From positions 2,371,807-2,391,806 of the forward strand of contig NC_057757.1 in NCBI RefSeq assembly GCF_004010195.1: a stretch of 20,000 nt of DNA, written 5' to 3'. The position numbers and the translations under genes are program-made. Each line of letters begins with the position of its first letter. Position 1 is the first letter of the stretch. The notes beneath the pieces are model-generated. The model saw only the letters and a list, made by a program, of their open reading frames with translations. It was not told the origin of the DNA and made no database searches. This stretch comes from Chiloscyllium plagiosum. Its lineage: Eukaryota. This document shows positions 1-8,822 of this stretch, in pieces.

Positions 1-164
1 AACCTGCCTATAGACTGCAAAGTACAGGCACATGCCGGGTTTGGTGCGCTTTGGTACAACTCAGTGGCATGCCACAACATTTCAAAGGCACTTAAGGATC
101 GGTGCTGCTGGAATCACACTTGGGTCAGACCAGGAGGAACAGCAGAAGTCCTCCCTAGTCACAT

Positions 165-300
165 CTTCCTTTCAGTGTTGCTGGCTCAAAATCCTGGAAC
201 TCCCTCCCCAACGGTGCTGCCTGGGACCCCTACACCACGCGGGTAATTAAGGACGGACAATAGACGCTGGTGCCCACCAGCAAAGTGAATAAATAGAAAT
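165..300 (+). mobile_element. 3' end relic of a CR1/L2-group LINE (same family as 8225-9010)
   Basis: ttcagtgttgctggctcaaaatcctggaactccctcccc matches 8715-8755 in this window; ends in gtgaataaat. Confidence 0.65.
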
Positions 301-307
301 CTAAACG

Positions 308-600
308 TTTTTCCCCAGAGTTGAAATGCCTAAGACTAGGGGACGAGCATTTAAGGTGCCAGGGCAAGTTATTTTTAACAGAGAGAGAGAGTGGTAGAAG
401 TATAGAACTTGCTGCTGGGATGGTGGTGGAGGCAGATACAATAAAGGAGTTCAAAAGACTTTTAGATAAGCGCATGACCACGCAAGAATGGAGGGATGTG
501 GACCGAGGCCAGGGAGAAGGGGTTAGTTTAATTTGGCGTCATGTTCAGCACAACATCGTGGGCCGAAGGGCCTGCTCCTGTGCTGTACTGTTCTATGTTC
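308..600 (+). mobile_element. Degenerate CR1 (HER1-like) LINE 3' fragment
   Basis: Residual VVEADTIKEFKRLLDKRM peptide, ggccgaagggcctg 3' stem and tail tgttctatgttc. Confidence 0.85.
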
Positions 601-835
601 AGAAGCCTGAACACATGCACCAGACAGTTTCAAAACAGTTTCTACCCTATTGTTGTTAGAATACTGAATGGACTCACAAACTCTTAACATTCACCTGTAC
701 CTGTGTTTTATTTTTGCCGCTGTTTACCTATTATTTATTATCTATGCTACCTAACTCTGTGATCTGCCTGTAATTGCTCACAAGTCAAAGCTTTTCACTG
801 TGCCTCAGTACATGTGACAATCAATTCAATTCAAT
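601..835 (+). mobile_element. Rex1/Babar-like LINE 3' end
   Basis: Residual FKNSFYPIVVRILN-like C-terminus, 3' UTR aaagcttttcactgt...gtacatgtgacaat and (ttcaa)n tail. Family recognised from memory. Confidence 0.6.
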
Positions 836-849
836 ATGTCCTATCTCTT

Positions 850-992
850 AGGATTATTATTAATTAGACTCGCGTTAATTCAGATTTATTGACTAATTTG
901 GTCTAAAGTCCACCAAGCTGCTGTGGTGGGGTTTTAACCCCAGTTCCCTGGTCCAAACCTCTGGATCAACCCAGTAAAATAACCCCTAACTG
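850..992 (-). mobile_element. Old 5' relic of the tRNA-SINE family seen at 3887-4194
   Basis: gctgtggtggggttttaacccc and ccagtaaaataaccc resemble 4110-4180 and 6830-6915. Confidence 0.45.
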
Positions 993-1071
993 CTGTCAGG
1001 TGACTGCAAATTATCACATACATTTAGTCTTCATGACCTGCTGCACATCTGAAAGAGAATGGGGACGTTAC

Positions 1072-1203
1072 CTCATATATGGCAATGTTGCTGGTTTCAG
1101 GAGTGGCTGCCGCAAAACTTTTCCCCGATGTTGAATGTTTCGGTGTTTTCAAGTCCAAGGCGCTTCTCCCTAAAACAGATGTTTCATTCTCACCGTTCAA
1201 TCT
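1072..1203 (-). CDS. GUCY2D: Coding exon (132 bp), juxtamembrane region and start of the kinase-homology domain
   Basis: Acceptor tgtctgctttcag|AGA and donor GAG|gtaacg. Translates RLNGENETSVLGRSALDLKTPKHSTSGKSFAAATPETSNIAIYE; SNIAIYE precedes GDWVWLKK in retGCs. Phase 0/0. Absent from the ORF track. Confidence 0.93.
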
Positions 1204-1476
1204 CTGAAAGCAGACATCAGCAGAAAGACGTAAGGATTTCTCAGAGTGGAGTAGCTCTGGGCTTGCACTTCATTGCCGCACTCTGCAAGTCGCCACGGTC
1301 CGACCAGACCAAAGGGTTTCGTTCTCATTCAAGAGGGTAGTGGTTAAACCTTAGGGTCACTGCAGCGATTGGAATGAGATCATCCAGGGGGACCTCACAG
1401 AACATGGAGATCCCTGATTGGGCCAGGTTAACAGTCCCAATCAGGGAGCCCTGGCTGACAGATACAAACAGGAGTG

Positions 1477-2165
1477 GCTGGCGAGACTGGCCATAAACAA
1501 GTCCAGGAAGCAGGCCATGGAGGGGAGCATTGGGGCCAATTGCCTGCCCCTGGTTACGTCCATGCCCCGGTGTCTCTGGAGAAGGAGCACGTGGTGTCCA
1601 CCAACACCCTTCAGCTGTTCAGAGAGAGGTGGGCACCACAGGGAGTGAAGTGATTTATTCCCCCCTCCAACTCTATTTTGATTAACACAGTTAATGATTT
1701 TAGTTAACGCAGCTATATTCAGGAAATCTAAATAATCCTTGGCTGAGCATATGGATGATGATGGGATAGTGTAGGGGGATGGGCTTAGATTAGTTCACAG
1801 GTTGGCACAACATCAAGGGCCGAAGGGCCTGGTCTATGCTGTATTGTTCTATGTTCTATTTAATCCCTGCCTTCCTCTTCACTATTTGATCAGGCAGCAT
1901 TGCCCTTTGTCAAGAAGGGCACTGCTGGTCACTGGTCACTCGGGTATGTCCTTACTTCCTGGTGGTGGAACATAAATGAAGGGATATACAAGCTTGTTCC
2001 TCACTGAGTCCTACACCTGCGCACACACAACTTGGGGGCTAGGGAAAAAATAAGCACCACCGCTGATAGGCGGTAGTGTGGGGGCAGGGGGGGCGGGGGG
2101 GGCGGAAGGGGGGGAGAGGAAAAGAACAGAAAGAAACAAAATGAATTTAAAAAAAAGATAAAAGT
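1477..2165 (+). mobile_element. 5'-truncated Tx1-clade non-LTR retrotransposon 3' end
   Basis: Frameshifted ORF2 C-terminus LARLAINKSRKQAMEG...CLPL/GYVHAPVSLEKEHVVSTNTLQLFRERWAPQG, a 3' UTR and an A-rich tail. Flanked by aaacaggagtg (1466-1476) and aaacagaagtg (2166-2176). Confidence 0.7.
1686..1859 (+). mobile_element. CR1 3' tail fragment nested in the Tx1 fragment
   Basis: Closely similar to 8500-8668 (gatgggatagt.tagggggatgggcttagattagttcacagg...ttctatgttctat); ttaa on both sides. Confidence 0.85.
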
Positions 2166-2546
2166 AAACAGAAGTGCCAGACCTCCTGTTCACTCTGAGA
2201 GCTAGCTCTGAGGGAGCTGGATAAGTGTCCAGGACTCTCCATTTTGTGTCAGGGAGGGGACTGACTCTGAACTGGCTGTCCACATCCAGTGTGTACTGCT
2301 ACTGATGGATTCTGTTTGTTTTTGGAAGAAACGTGAATCCTGACCTGGCTGAATTATGAAAAAAAAAAGAAAAAGAGCAAACAAACAGGAATGTTGGAGG
2401 TTCTGTTCACTCAGAGCTGGCTCAGAGAAAGCCCGACCATTGGCAAGTACTACGCACATGCAAATAAAGGATGACTTGGTGACAGAATACGAGCCTCGTT
2501 GGAGTTACTTCAGTCACCACACACCAGGCGAGGGGAGAAGTTCAGA

Positions 2547-3258
2547 AGGTGGGGACAGGTTCAGTGTTAGCACTGGCACCTCATAGCACCAGGGACCCAG
2601 GTTCGATTCCAGCCCCGGGCGACTGTCTGTGTGGAGTTTGCACGTTCTCCCAGTGTCTGCGCGGGTTTCCTCCGGGTGCTCAGGTTTCCCCTCACAGTCC
2701 AAAGATGTGCAGGTTAGGGTGGATTGGCCGTGCTAAATTGTCCCATAGTGCCCAGGGATGTGCAGGTTAGGGTGGATTGGCCGTGCTAAATTGTCCCATA
2801 GTGCCCAGGGATGTGCAGGTTAGGGTGGATTGGCCGTGCTAAATTGTCCCATAGTGCCCAGCTCTGTGTAGGTCAGGGTGGATTGGCCGTGCTAAATTGT
2901 CCCATAGTGCCCAGGGATGTGCAGGTTAGGGTGGATTGGCCGTGCTAAATTGTCCCATAGTGCCCAGCTCTGTGCAGGTTAGGGTGGATTGGCCGCGCTA
3001 AATTGTCCCATAGTGCCCAGGGATGTGCAGGTTAGGGTGGATAGGCCGCGCTAAATTGTCCCATAGTGTCCAGGGATGTGCAGGTTAGGGGGGATTGACC
3101 GTGCTAAATTGACCCATAGTGCCCAGGGATGTGCACACTAGGTGGATTAGTCACAGTAAACACTTGGTTACAGGGATGGGGTAGGTCTGGGTGGGATGAT
3201 CTTCAGCGGGTCGGTGTGGATTCGATGGGCCGAATGGTCTGTCCCCACACAGTGGGGA
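2547..3258 (+). mobile_element. HE1 (V-SINE) with expanded internal 53-bp repeat
   Basis: tRNA-like head (B box ggttcgattcc), V-domain tgtgtggagtttgcacgttctcccc...ggtttcctccggg and CR1-type tail gatgggccgaatgg. Confidence 0.9.
2704..3160 (+). repeat. 53-bp minisatellite, 8 full units plus 1 partial
   Basis: Unit gatgtgcaggttagggtggattggccgtgctaaattgtcccatagtgcccagg starts at 2704, 2757, 2810, 2863, 2916, 2969, 3022, 3075 and 3128. Confidence 0.97.
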
Positions 3259-3279
3259 ATCAAAGCAGAGCTCTTCATT

Positions 3280-3352
3280 GTCACCTCAGCCAGTGTGGGA
3301 ATCGAACCCGTGCTGATGGCATCAGAAACCAGTTTCTTACTGAGCTAACCCG
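3280..3352 (-). mobile_element. tRNA-derived SINE head relic
   Basis: Minus strand reads gggttagctcagt (A box) and gggttcgattccc (B box); no complete cloverleaf. Confidence 0.5.
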
Positions 3353-3384
3353 ACTGACATAAAACAAGGCAGCAGTGTTGTGAC

Positions 3385-3530
3385 TGAAATAAAAACAGAC
3401 GATGATGTTGGAGAAACCCAGCAAGTCTGCTCGCGTCTGCGGAGGGAGAAAGCAGAGTTAACGCTGAGTTTCTTCAACAGGTTCTGTTCATGTTTCAGAT
3501 CTTCAGCATCGCCTATTCTTCGCCTTTCGC
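3385..3530. mobile_element. Penelope-like-derived inverted repeat with the centre deleted
   Basis: 3385-3422 is an imperfect inverse of 3463-3497. Resembles the common shark ctggagaaactcagcaggtctggcagcatc...gcagagttaacg repeat (from memory). Confidence 0.55.
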
Positions 3531-3576
3531 ATCTTGCTGGAGCTTGACAAAGACAAAGTCGACAAGACCTCCGTAC

Positions 3577-3673
3577 CTTACGGCTGAGCTGTGCGTTAAT
3601 GAACACCAAATCATCCAGCCTGAGAATGATCTTGTTGGGTCCTGCCGACAGGTGTGGTTTCAGGAAGCGCTTC
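3577..3673 (-). CDS. GUCY2D: Coding exon (97 bp), juxtamembrane domain of the guanylyl cyclase
   Basis: Acceptor tgttgtag|G and donor AAG|gtacgg. The only open frame is (R)KRFLKPHLSAGPNKIILRLDDLVFINAQLSRK, matching the retGC motif GPNKIILTxDD. Confidence 0.95.
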
Positions 3674-3886
3674 CTACAACATGTCAGCAAAACAGGTTAC
3701 ATCGCTCTCCTGCCCACCACATTTCTTTCATATCATTCCTGACCCCAGGTTAACCCTAGCCCAGCTCTGCTGTCCCTCAAGCAATGCTGACTGCGTGGGG
3801 CTGTCTTCCAAAGTGAAACACACTGGCCTGTTGCCTTACCCTCCCTTCCAACGTGGCAAAAAGAAACAATTCCTACACTGCACGGA

Positions 3887-4194
3887 TTTTTCATTCACAG
3901 GATGAGGGCGCCGCTGGCTAGGTCAGCATTAATTGCCCAGAGGACAGTTAAGAGTCAACCACGTTGCTGTAGGTGTGGAGTCACGTGTAGGCCTGACCAG
4001 GTAAGGATGGTGGTTTCCTTCCCTGAAGGACATTAGTGAACCAGATGGGTTTCCCTGACAATCGATTCACGGTCACCCTTTGACTCTCAATGCCAGATAT
4101 TTACTGAATGCCGTGGTGGGATCCGAACCCAGGCCCCCAGAATTACCCAGGAGTATCAGTCCGGTGATAATACCACTAGGCCATCACTTCCCCT
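3887..4194 (-). mobile_element. Near-complete tRNA-derived SINE, not HE1
   Basis: Minus-strand A box tggcctagtgg (4173-4183), B box ggttcggatcc (4119-4129), body cactaatgtccttcagggaagg...tggttgactcttaactg and tail gccagcggcgccctcatcctgtgaatgaaaaa. Confidence 0.8.
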
Positions 4195-4399
4195 CAATGC
4201 CCAAAGCTTTGGGTCCACAAGCAATGACACATGATCTTTGAGGCCCAGGAAAGGTTCTAGTTCAGGGTTAACATGGCATTCAAAAGGAGCACAGCAGAAT
4301 CCTATAAATAGCATTGAGACAGTGACCAAATAACCACACCTTGTGATGCTACTTGAAGAATGCCTGGGGACAAAAGGAATGGGAAAATGCCCCCTGCGC

Positions 4400-4763
4400 C
4401 TACTTGGGAGATCATGGCAACTACTGGGGAAGGCAGATGTAGAAGACCTTAGTTAAACGTCACATTTGAACAACAACACCTCTGACATTGTGGCGCTGAC
4501 CCACTAACTGTGCAGTGCTCCCTCAATGCTGATTCTCTGACAGTGCGGCGCTCCCTCAGCACTGACCCTCTGACAGTGCGGCGCTCCCTCAGTACTGACC
4601 CTCCGACAGTGCGGCGCTCCCTCAGTATTGACCCTGTGACAGAGCGGCGCTCCCTCAGTATTGACCCTGTGACAGAGCGGCGCTCCCTCAGTATTGACCC
4701 TGTGACTATGGCACACTGTCCTTAATACTGAAATAGGAATGCTAGCCTAGATTTTCTGCTCAG
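4400..4763 (-). mobile_element. Deu-domain SINE (SacSINE1-like) relic containing a minisatellite
   Basis: Minus strand carries degenerate gatgagacgttaaaccgaggtc (4445-4470) and cagtactgagggag.gc.gcactgtc.gagg motifs; cut at 4764 by a CR1. Confidence 0.65.
4510..4730. repeat. 33-bp minisatellite, 5 near-perfect units plus degenerate flanking units
   Basis: Unit ctctgacagtgcggcgctccctcagtactgacc at 4535, 4568, 4601, 4634 and 4667. Confidence 0.95.
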
Positions 4764-5368
4764 GTCATAGAGTCATAGAGATGTACAGCACGGAAACAGA
4801 CCCTTCGATCCAATTCATCCATGTCAACCAGATATCCCAACCCAATCTAGTCCCACCTGCCAACACCCGGCCCATATCCCTCCAAACCCTTCCTATTCAT
4901 ATACCCATCCAGATGCCTCTTAAATGTTGCAATTGTACCAGCCTCCACCACTTCCTCTGGCAGTTCATTCCATACCCGTACCACCCTCTGCGTGAAAATG
5001 TTGCCCCTTAGGTCTCTTTTATATCTTTCCCCTCTCACCCTAAACCTATGCCCTCTAGTTCTGGACTCCCCGACCCCAGGAAACAGACTTTGTCTATTTA
5101 CTCTATCTCTGCCCCTCATGATTTTGTAAACCTCTATAAGGTCACCCCTCAGCCTCCGACGCTCCAGGGAAAACAGCCCCAGCCTGTTCAGCCTCTCCCT
5201 GTAGCTCAAACCCTCCAACCCTGGCAACATCCTTCTAAGTCTTTTCTGAACCCTTTCAAGTTTCACAATATCCTTCCGATAAGACAGAGACCAGATTTGC
5301 ACGCAATATTCCAAAAGTGGCCTAATCATTGTCTTGCACAGCCGCAACATGACCTTCCAACTCCCGTA
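4764..5368 (-). mobile_element. 5'-truncated CR1/HER1 LINE with open ORF2 C-terminus
   Basis: ORF 5350-4847 RPLLEYCVQIWS...LFSLERRRLRGDLIEVYKI...FTQRVVRVWNELP; (ctctatga)n tail at 4764-4780. Confidence 0.95.
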
Positions 5369-5742
5369 AGATGTGGGGAATTCTGCATAAGACTTTGTGG
5401 CTCAGAGTACAGAAAGAGAAAGATGAAAGTAGAGTGATCTTAGCTCACTGTTAAGGCCACAGTTCCTCACTGATGGAGGGAGAGTTAGGACAATGCAACC
5501 CATGTCCTCGTAATTGAATTAACATTGATATATATTATTATGGGAAAGTAAAGTAATTAATTCATTAATTATGGGCAAAAGGACAAAAAAAAGAGCTAGA
5601 CTGTAAAATTGGGCATGGGGAGTCAATACACAGCCAAATGGCCTCCTTCTGTCTGGGAGATTCTGTGCTTCCGTTGAGAAAGAAATGAAAAATTAGTGGG
5701 ATAATGCAAATGAAAATATCATAAAATGAGAGATGGCCAAAC

Positions 5743-5827
5743 CTGAAGGAATAGGTTGTGGCTCCACAGATCAGAATCATACAACAGACCATGGTAAACA
5801 CCAACAGCACAAACATTGGGTCCAATC
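5743..5827 (-). CDS. GUCY2D: Coding exon (85 bp) encoding the single transmembrane helix of the guanylyl cyclase
   Basis: Acceptor tctctctcttgcctag|GA and donor AG|gtttgg. Translates (G)LDPMFVLLVFTMVCCMILICGATTYSF(R), a hydrophobic stretch. Phase 1 in and phase 2 out fit both neighbouring exons exactly. Confidence 0.93.
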
Positions 5828-5974
5828 CTAGGCAAGAGAGAGACAATTCATTATCCCATGGGCTTCAAAGACATTTTCTCACCCAGTTTCAATCATTTAC
5901 CAATAAATCCAGAGTCACATTTGGTAAACACGCATGGGGGCCTATCACAGCCTCTTGGTTCTCACTCCTTCAAC

Positions 5975-6920
5975 ACAGGTGAATATCATTAGCAAGGCCA
6001 ACACTAGTTGCCCCTTGAACCGAGTGGGCTGATCAGGCATTTCAGACTCCATTTCTTAACCCCATTACAGTTTCAAGGTCAACCACATTGGCTATGGGTT
6101 TGGAGTCACATGTAGGCCAGAATGGGTAAGGGCAGCAGATTTCCCTCCCGAAGGGGCATGAAAGACGGGGTTTGGCACGCTTGCCTTCATTGCTCTGTCC
6201 TTTGAGTATAGGAATTGTGGCGTCATGTTGAGGGTGTACAGGACATTAGTGAGGCCTCTCCTGGAATACTGTGTCCAGTTCTGGTCGCCTTGTTATAGGA
6301 AGGATATTATTAATCCGGAGATGGCTCAGAAGAGATTTACCAGGATGTTGCCGGGGATGGAAGGTTCGAGTTATGGGGAGAGGCAGGATAGGCCGGGACT
6401 TTTTTTGCTGGAGCGTCAGAAGTTGACAGGTGACCTGAAAGAAGTTTATAAAATAATGAGGTAGGATTAAAGGGGATTTCAAGACTAGGGCGCACATTTT
6501 TAAGGAGATAGGAGAGAGATTTAAAAAAGACATGAGGGAAAATTGTTCACACAGAGGGTGGTTTGCGTGTGGAATGAACTTCCTGAGGAAGTGGTGGATG
6601 TGGGTACAGTTACAATGTTTAAAAGATAATAGGATAGGTACATGAAGAGGAAAGGTTTGGAGGGATTTGGGCCAGGAGGAGGTAGGTGGGAACTAGTTTA
6701 GTTTGGGATTATGGATTGGATGGGCCAAAGGGTCTGTTTCCATATTGTCGGACTCAATGAGTGAACCAGATAGGCTTTTACAACAATCAATAATAGTTTC
6801 ATGATCACCATCTCTGTAATGACCTATTAATTTTAGATTTATTTTAATGGATGGAATCCAAACTCCGACAGCTAATCCTCTGGATTATTAGTTCAGGGAC
6901 ATTACCACAACACCAACCTC
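5975..6920 (-). mobile_element. Older copy of the 3887-4194 tRNA-SINE, split by a CR1 insertion
   Basis: gtcaaccacatt...ggagtcacatgtaggcc...cccgaaggggcatg (to 6160) continues as agtgaaccagat at 6760, collinear with 3955-4050. Confidence 0.75.
6162..6756 (+). mobile_element. CR1/HER1 LINE 3' fragment
   Basis: ORF 6225-6464 LYRTLVRPLLEYCVQFWSP-type sequence; CR1 3' UTR; atga on both flanks (6158-6161 and 6757-6760). Confidence 0.93.
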
Positions 6921-7129
6921 TCTTCGCAACTGATTATTATTACATTATGGTCTGGAAAATACTGCCAAGAAACTATCTGACATCTCCTTCAGGTGAAGCA
7001 ATTTGCAGATAGGTTGGAGGACGAGGAGACGCATTGAGACCACCTGGGTTGGAGGCAGTCCTGAAGGAGGTTCATTGAGTTGATCCTGGGTGTGGAGGGT
7101 TGAAGAACTTAGGAGATCGAACAAACTTC

Positions 7130-7290
7130 TTAAAGGTGGAGATAAGTTTAGGGAGGGAATCCCAGAGGGCTTAGGGCCCTGGCTCGGCCATCAATGTAGG
7201 ACTGATTAAAAATGGGAGTGATAAGAGGGAGGGGGTTGCAGGCCAGAGAGGGTCTTGAAGGGATGGGATACCAAGGGTGAGAATGTTTAA
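7130..7290 (-). mobile_element. Old L2-like LINE relic
   Basis: gtttagggagggaatcccagag..cttagggccc is the reverse of a (G)PKLWNSLP-type ORF2 C-terminal motif. Confidence 0.4.
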
Positions 7291-7307
7291 CTAACAACTG
7301 ATCTCAC

Positions 7308-7662
7308 CTCCTGTACAGACTTCCTTGGAATCAAACCAGCAGTCAGCATCTGTTCCAGGGACTGAGCCCTGTGGGAAATGGATGGCAGTGCCAAGATATT
7401 TCAAGGTTCCTGTAGCCATGTTGATTGAGTGAGTTGCCTTCAGTCGGCTCCCCCTCCCATCAGTGTCCAAAACCACATAGTCAGCAATGACTACTCCATC
7501 TTTGTCCGTCTGCATGGCTTGGTTAAATCCTTCAAACTCCATCCCACTGGTGTGTTGGGCGATGCTTGTCTCAGCCACCCCCTTGCTTCCCTGGTAGGCA
7601 CTGTCCACTGCTTTGGCCAAGTAGTATATTGCATTGTAGATGGTGCCAAATAATGGGGAGAC
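7308..7662 (-). CDS. GUCY2D: Coding exon (355 bp) of a retinal-type membrane guanylyl cyclase; C-terminal part of the extracellular domain
   Basis: Minus-strand acceptor ctccttccaacag|GTC and donor GGA G|gtgaga. Open frame VSPLFGTIYNAIYYLAKAV...YVVLDTDGRG...IHFPQGSVPGTDADCWFDSKEVCTG matches GUCY2D/GUCY2F motifs VSPLFGTIY, LDTD, HFP and CWFD..C. Phase 0 start, phase 1 end. Family assignment is secure; the paralog (GC-E vs GC-D/GC-F) is less so. Confidence 0.95.
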
Positions 7663-8357
7663 CTGTTGGAAGGAGCACAGGCTAACAGTGGGTAATTACC
7701 AAGAGCAATAGGTACAGGACAGGCCATTCAGCCCAACTTGTCTGTTCTGCTTTTCTGAAAGAGCTGCCAGGCTTAGACAGAGAATTATCATGCATAGCAG
7801 CAATCAGTCCACCATGTCTGTGCTGTCTCTCTCTAAGGGCAATTGAGCTACATCAGATCTTATCACCCCTTTCTCAATTGTTCTGCAAACTCTCCATCTC
7901 TTCAGAAGCATTAATCTCCAAAACTATTTCAAAGCCACGTTTGAATCTGCTTCCAACATTCGCTCAGACAACACATCGCTGACAACCCCGTTTTAGGCTC
8001 ATCCTCAACATGGACAATGTATCAATGTGAGGGGAGAGTACTGGGAGTAAGTCACAGTCTGAAACCCAGTGAAAGCATTCAGATGGGTTGCACAGAGTAC
8101 AGTCTAGGCGTTGGGAAGGTGCCATACCCCCTCACAGTTGCAGTATGGAGTAACTGTCGTACAGTTCAACATGGTTAATGTCCTTCCTATCTCTCAGCTT
8201 TCCTACTTTATCAAAGAACAGGGAGCATTCTCCTCAGTGTCCCAACCAATGTTCACTCCTTCCACTGCCGACACAGTGAAGCAGCAATGTGTACCATCTA
8301 TAAGACACTCTGCAGCAACTCACCTCCTTTGACAACAAACCCCTGACCGCGACCACC

Positions 8358-8668
8358 TTGAATAGGGTAGACAGTGGATGATGACGTCAACTTGTACGAG
8401 GGGCCATAGCTACAAATTGAGGGGTAATAGATTTAAGACAGATATCAGAGGCAGGTTCTTTACTCAGAGAGTGGTAAGGGTGTGGAATGCCCTGCCTGCT
8501 AATGTAGTTAACTCAGCCACATTAGAGGCATTTGAACAGTCCTTGGGTAAGCACATGGACAATGATGGGATAGTATAGGGGGATGGGCTTAGATTAGTTC
8601 ACAGGTCGGCGCAACATCGAGGGCTGAAGGGCCTGTTCTGCGCTGTATTGTTCTATGTTCTATGTTCT
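8358..8668 (+). mobile_element. CR1 3' fragment nested in the 8225-9010 LINE
   Basis: ORF 8378-8578 TRGHSYKLRGNRFKTDIRGRFFTQRVVRVWNALP; (ttctatg)n tail. Confidence 0.93.
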
Positions 8669-8822
8669 CCTCTGAGCCACTCATCACCCAGACTTAGAAA
8701 TATATCGCCTCCCCTTCAGTGTCGCTGGGACAAGACCCTGGAACCCCCTCCCCAAGGGCATTGTGGTTCAACCCACAGTAGGTGGACTGTAACAGTTCAA
8801 GAAGGCAGCTCACCCCCACCTT

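Larger units (their letters stand above)
1335..2512 (+). mobile_element. Solo-LTR-like element interrupted by nested insertions
   Basis: ccctgattggg...cccaatcaggg palindrome (CCAAT-like) and a TATA-like gatacaaa before 1476. Resumes at 2166 with repeated ctgttcactc(tg)agagct units, AATAAA at 2463 and terminal ...ttacttca. The 5' boundary is uncertain. Confidence 0.5.

Noticed and set aside
1..1071. The next exon (GDWVWLKK...)
   Set aside because: Not found on the minus strand. The acceptor-like ctctttcag near 1049 would give a 23-nt intron, which is too short.
1072..1169. Alternative acceptor ttttag|GGAGAAG as the exon start
   Set aside because: Out of phase with the preceding exon (gives GEAPWT-stop). 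The acceptor at 1204 keeps the frame.
1477..2165. U2 snRNA-targeted (Keno-type) insertion
   Set aside because: No U2 sequence in either flank.
2704..3160. Regular repeats as a CRISPR-like array (also 4535-4699 and 11611-11858)
   Set aside because: Head-to-tail units with no unique spacers, no cas genes, and a vertebrate SINE context.
4504..4725. Repetitive ORFs on both strands (EGAP.C.RV repeats)
   Set aside because: A by-product of the 33-bp unit being a multiple of three; no splice or homology support.
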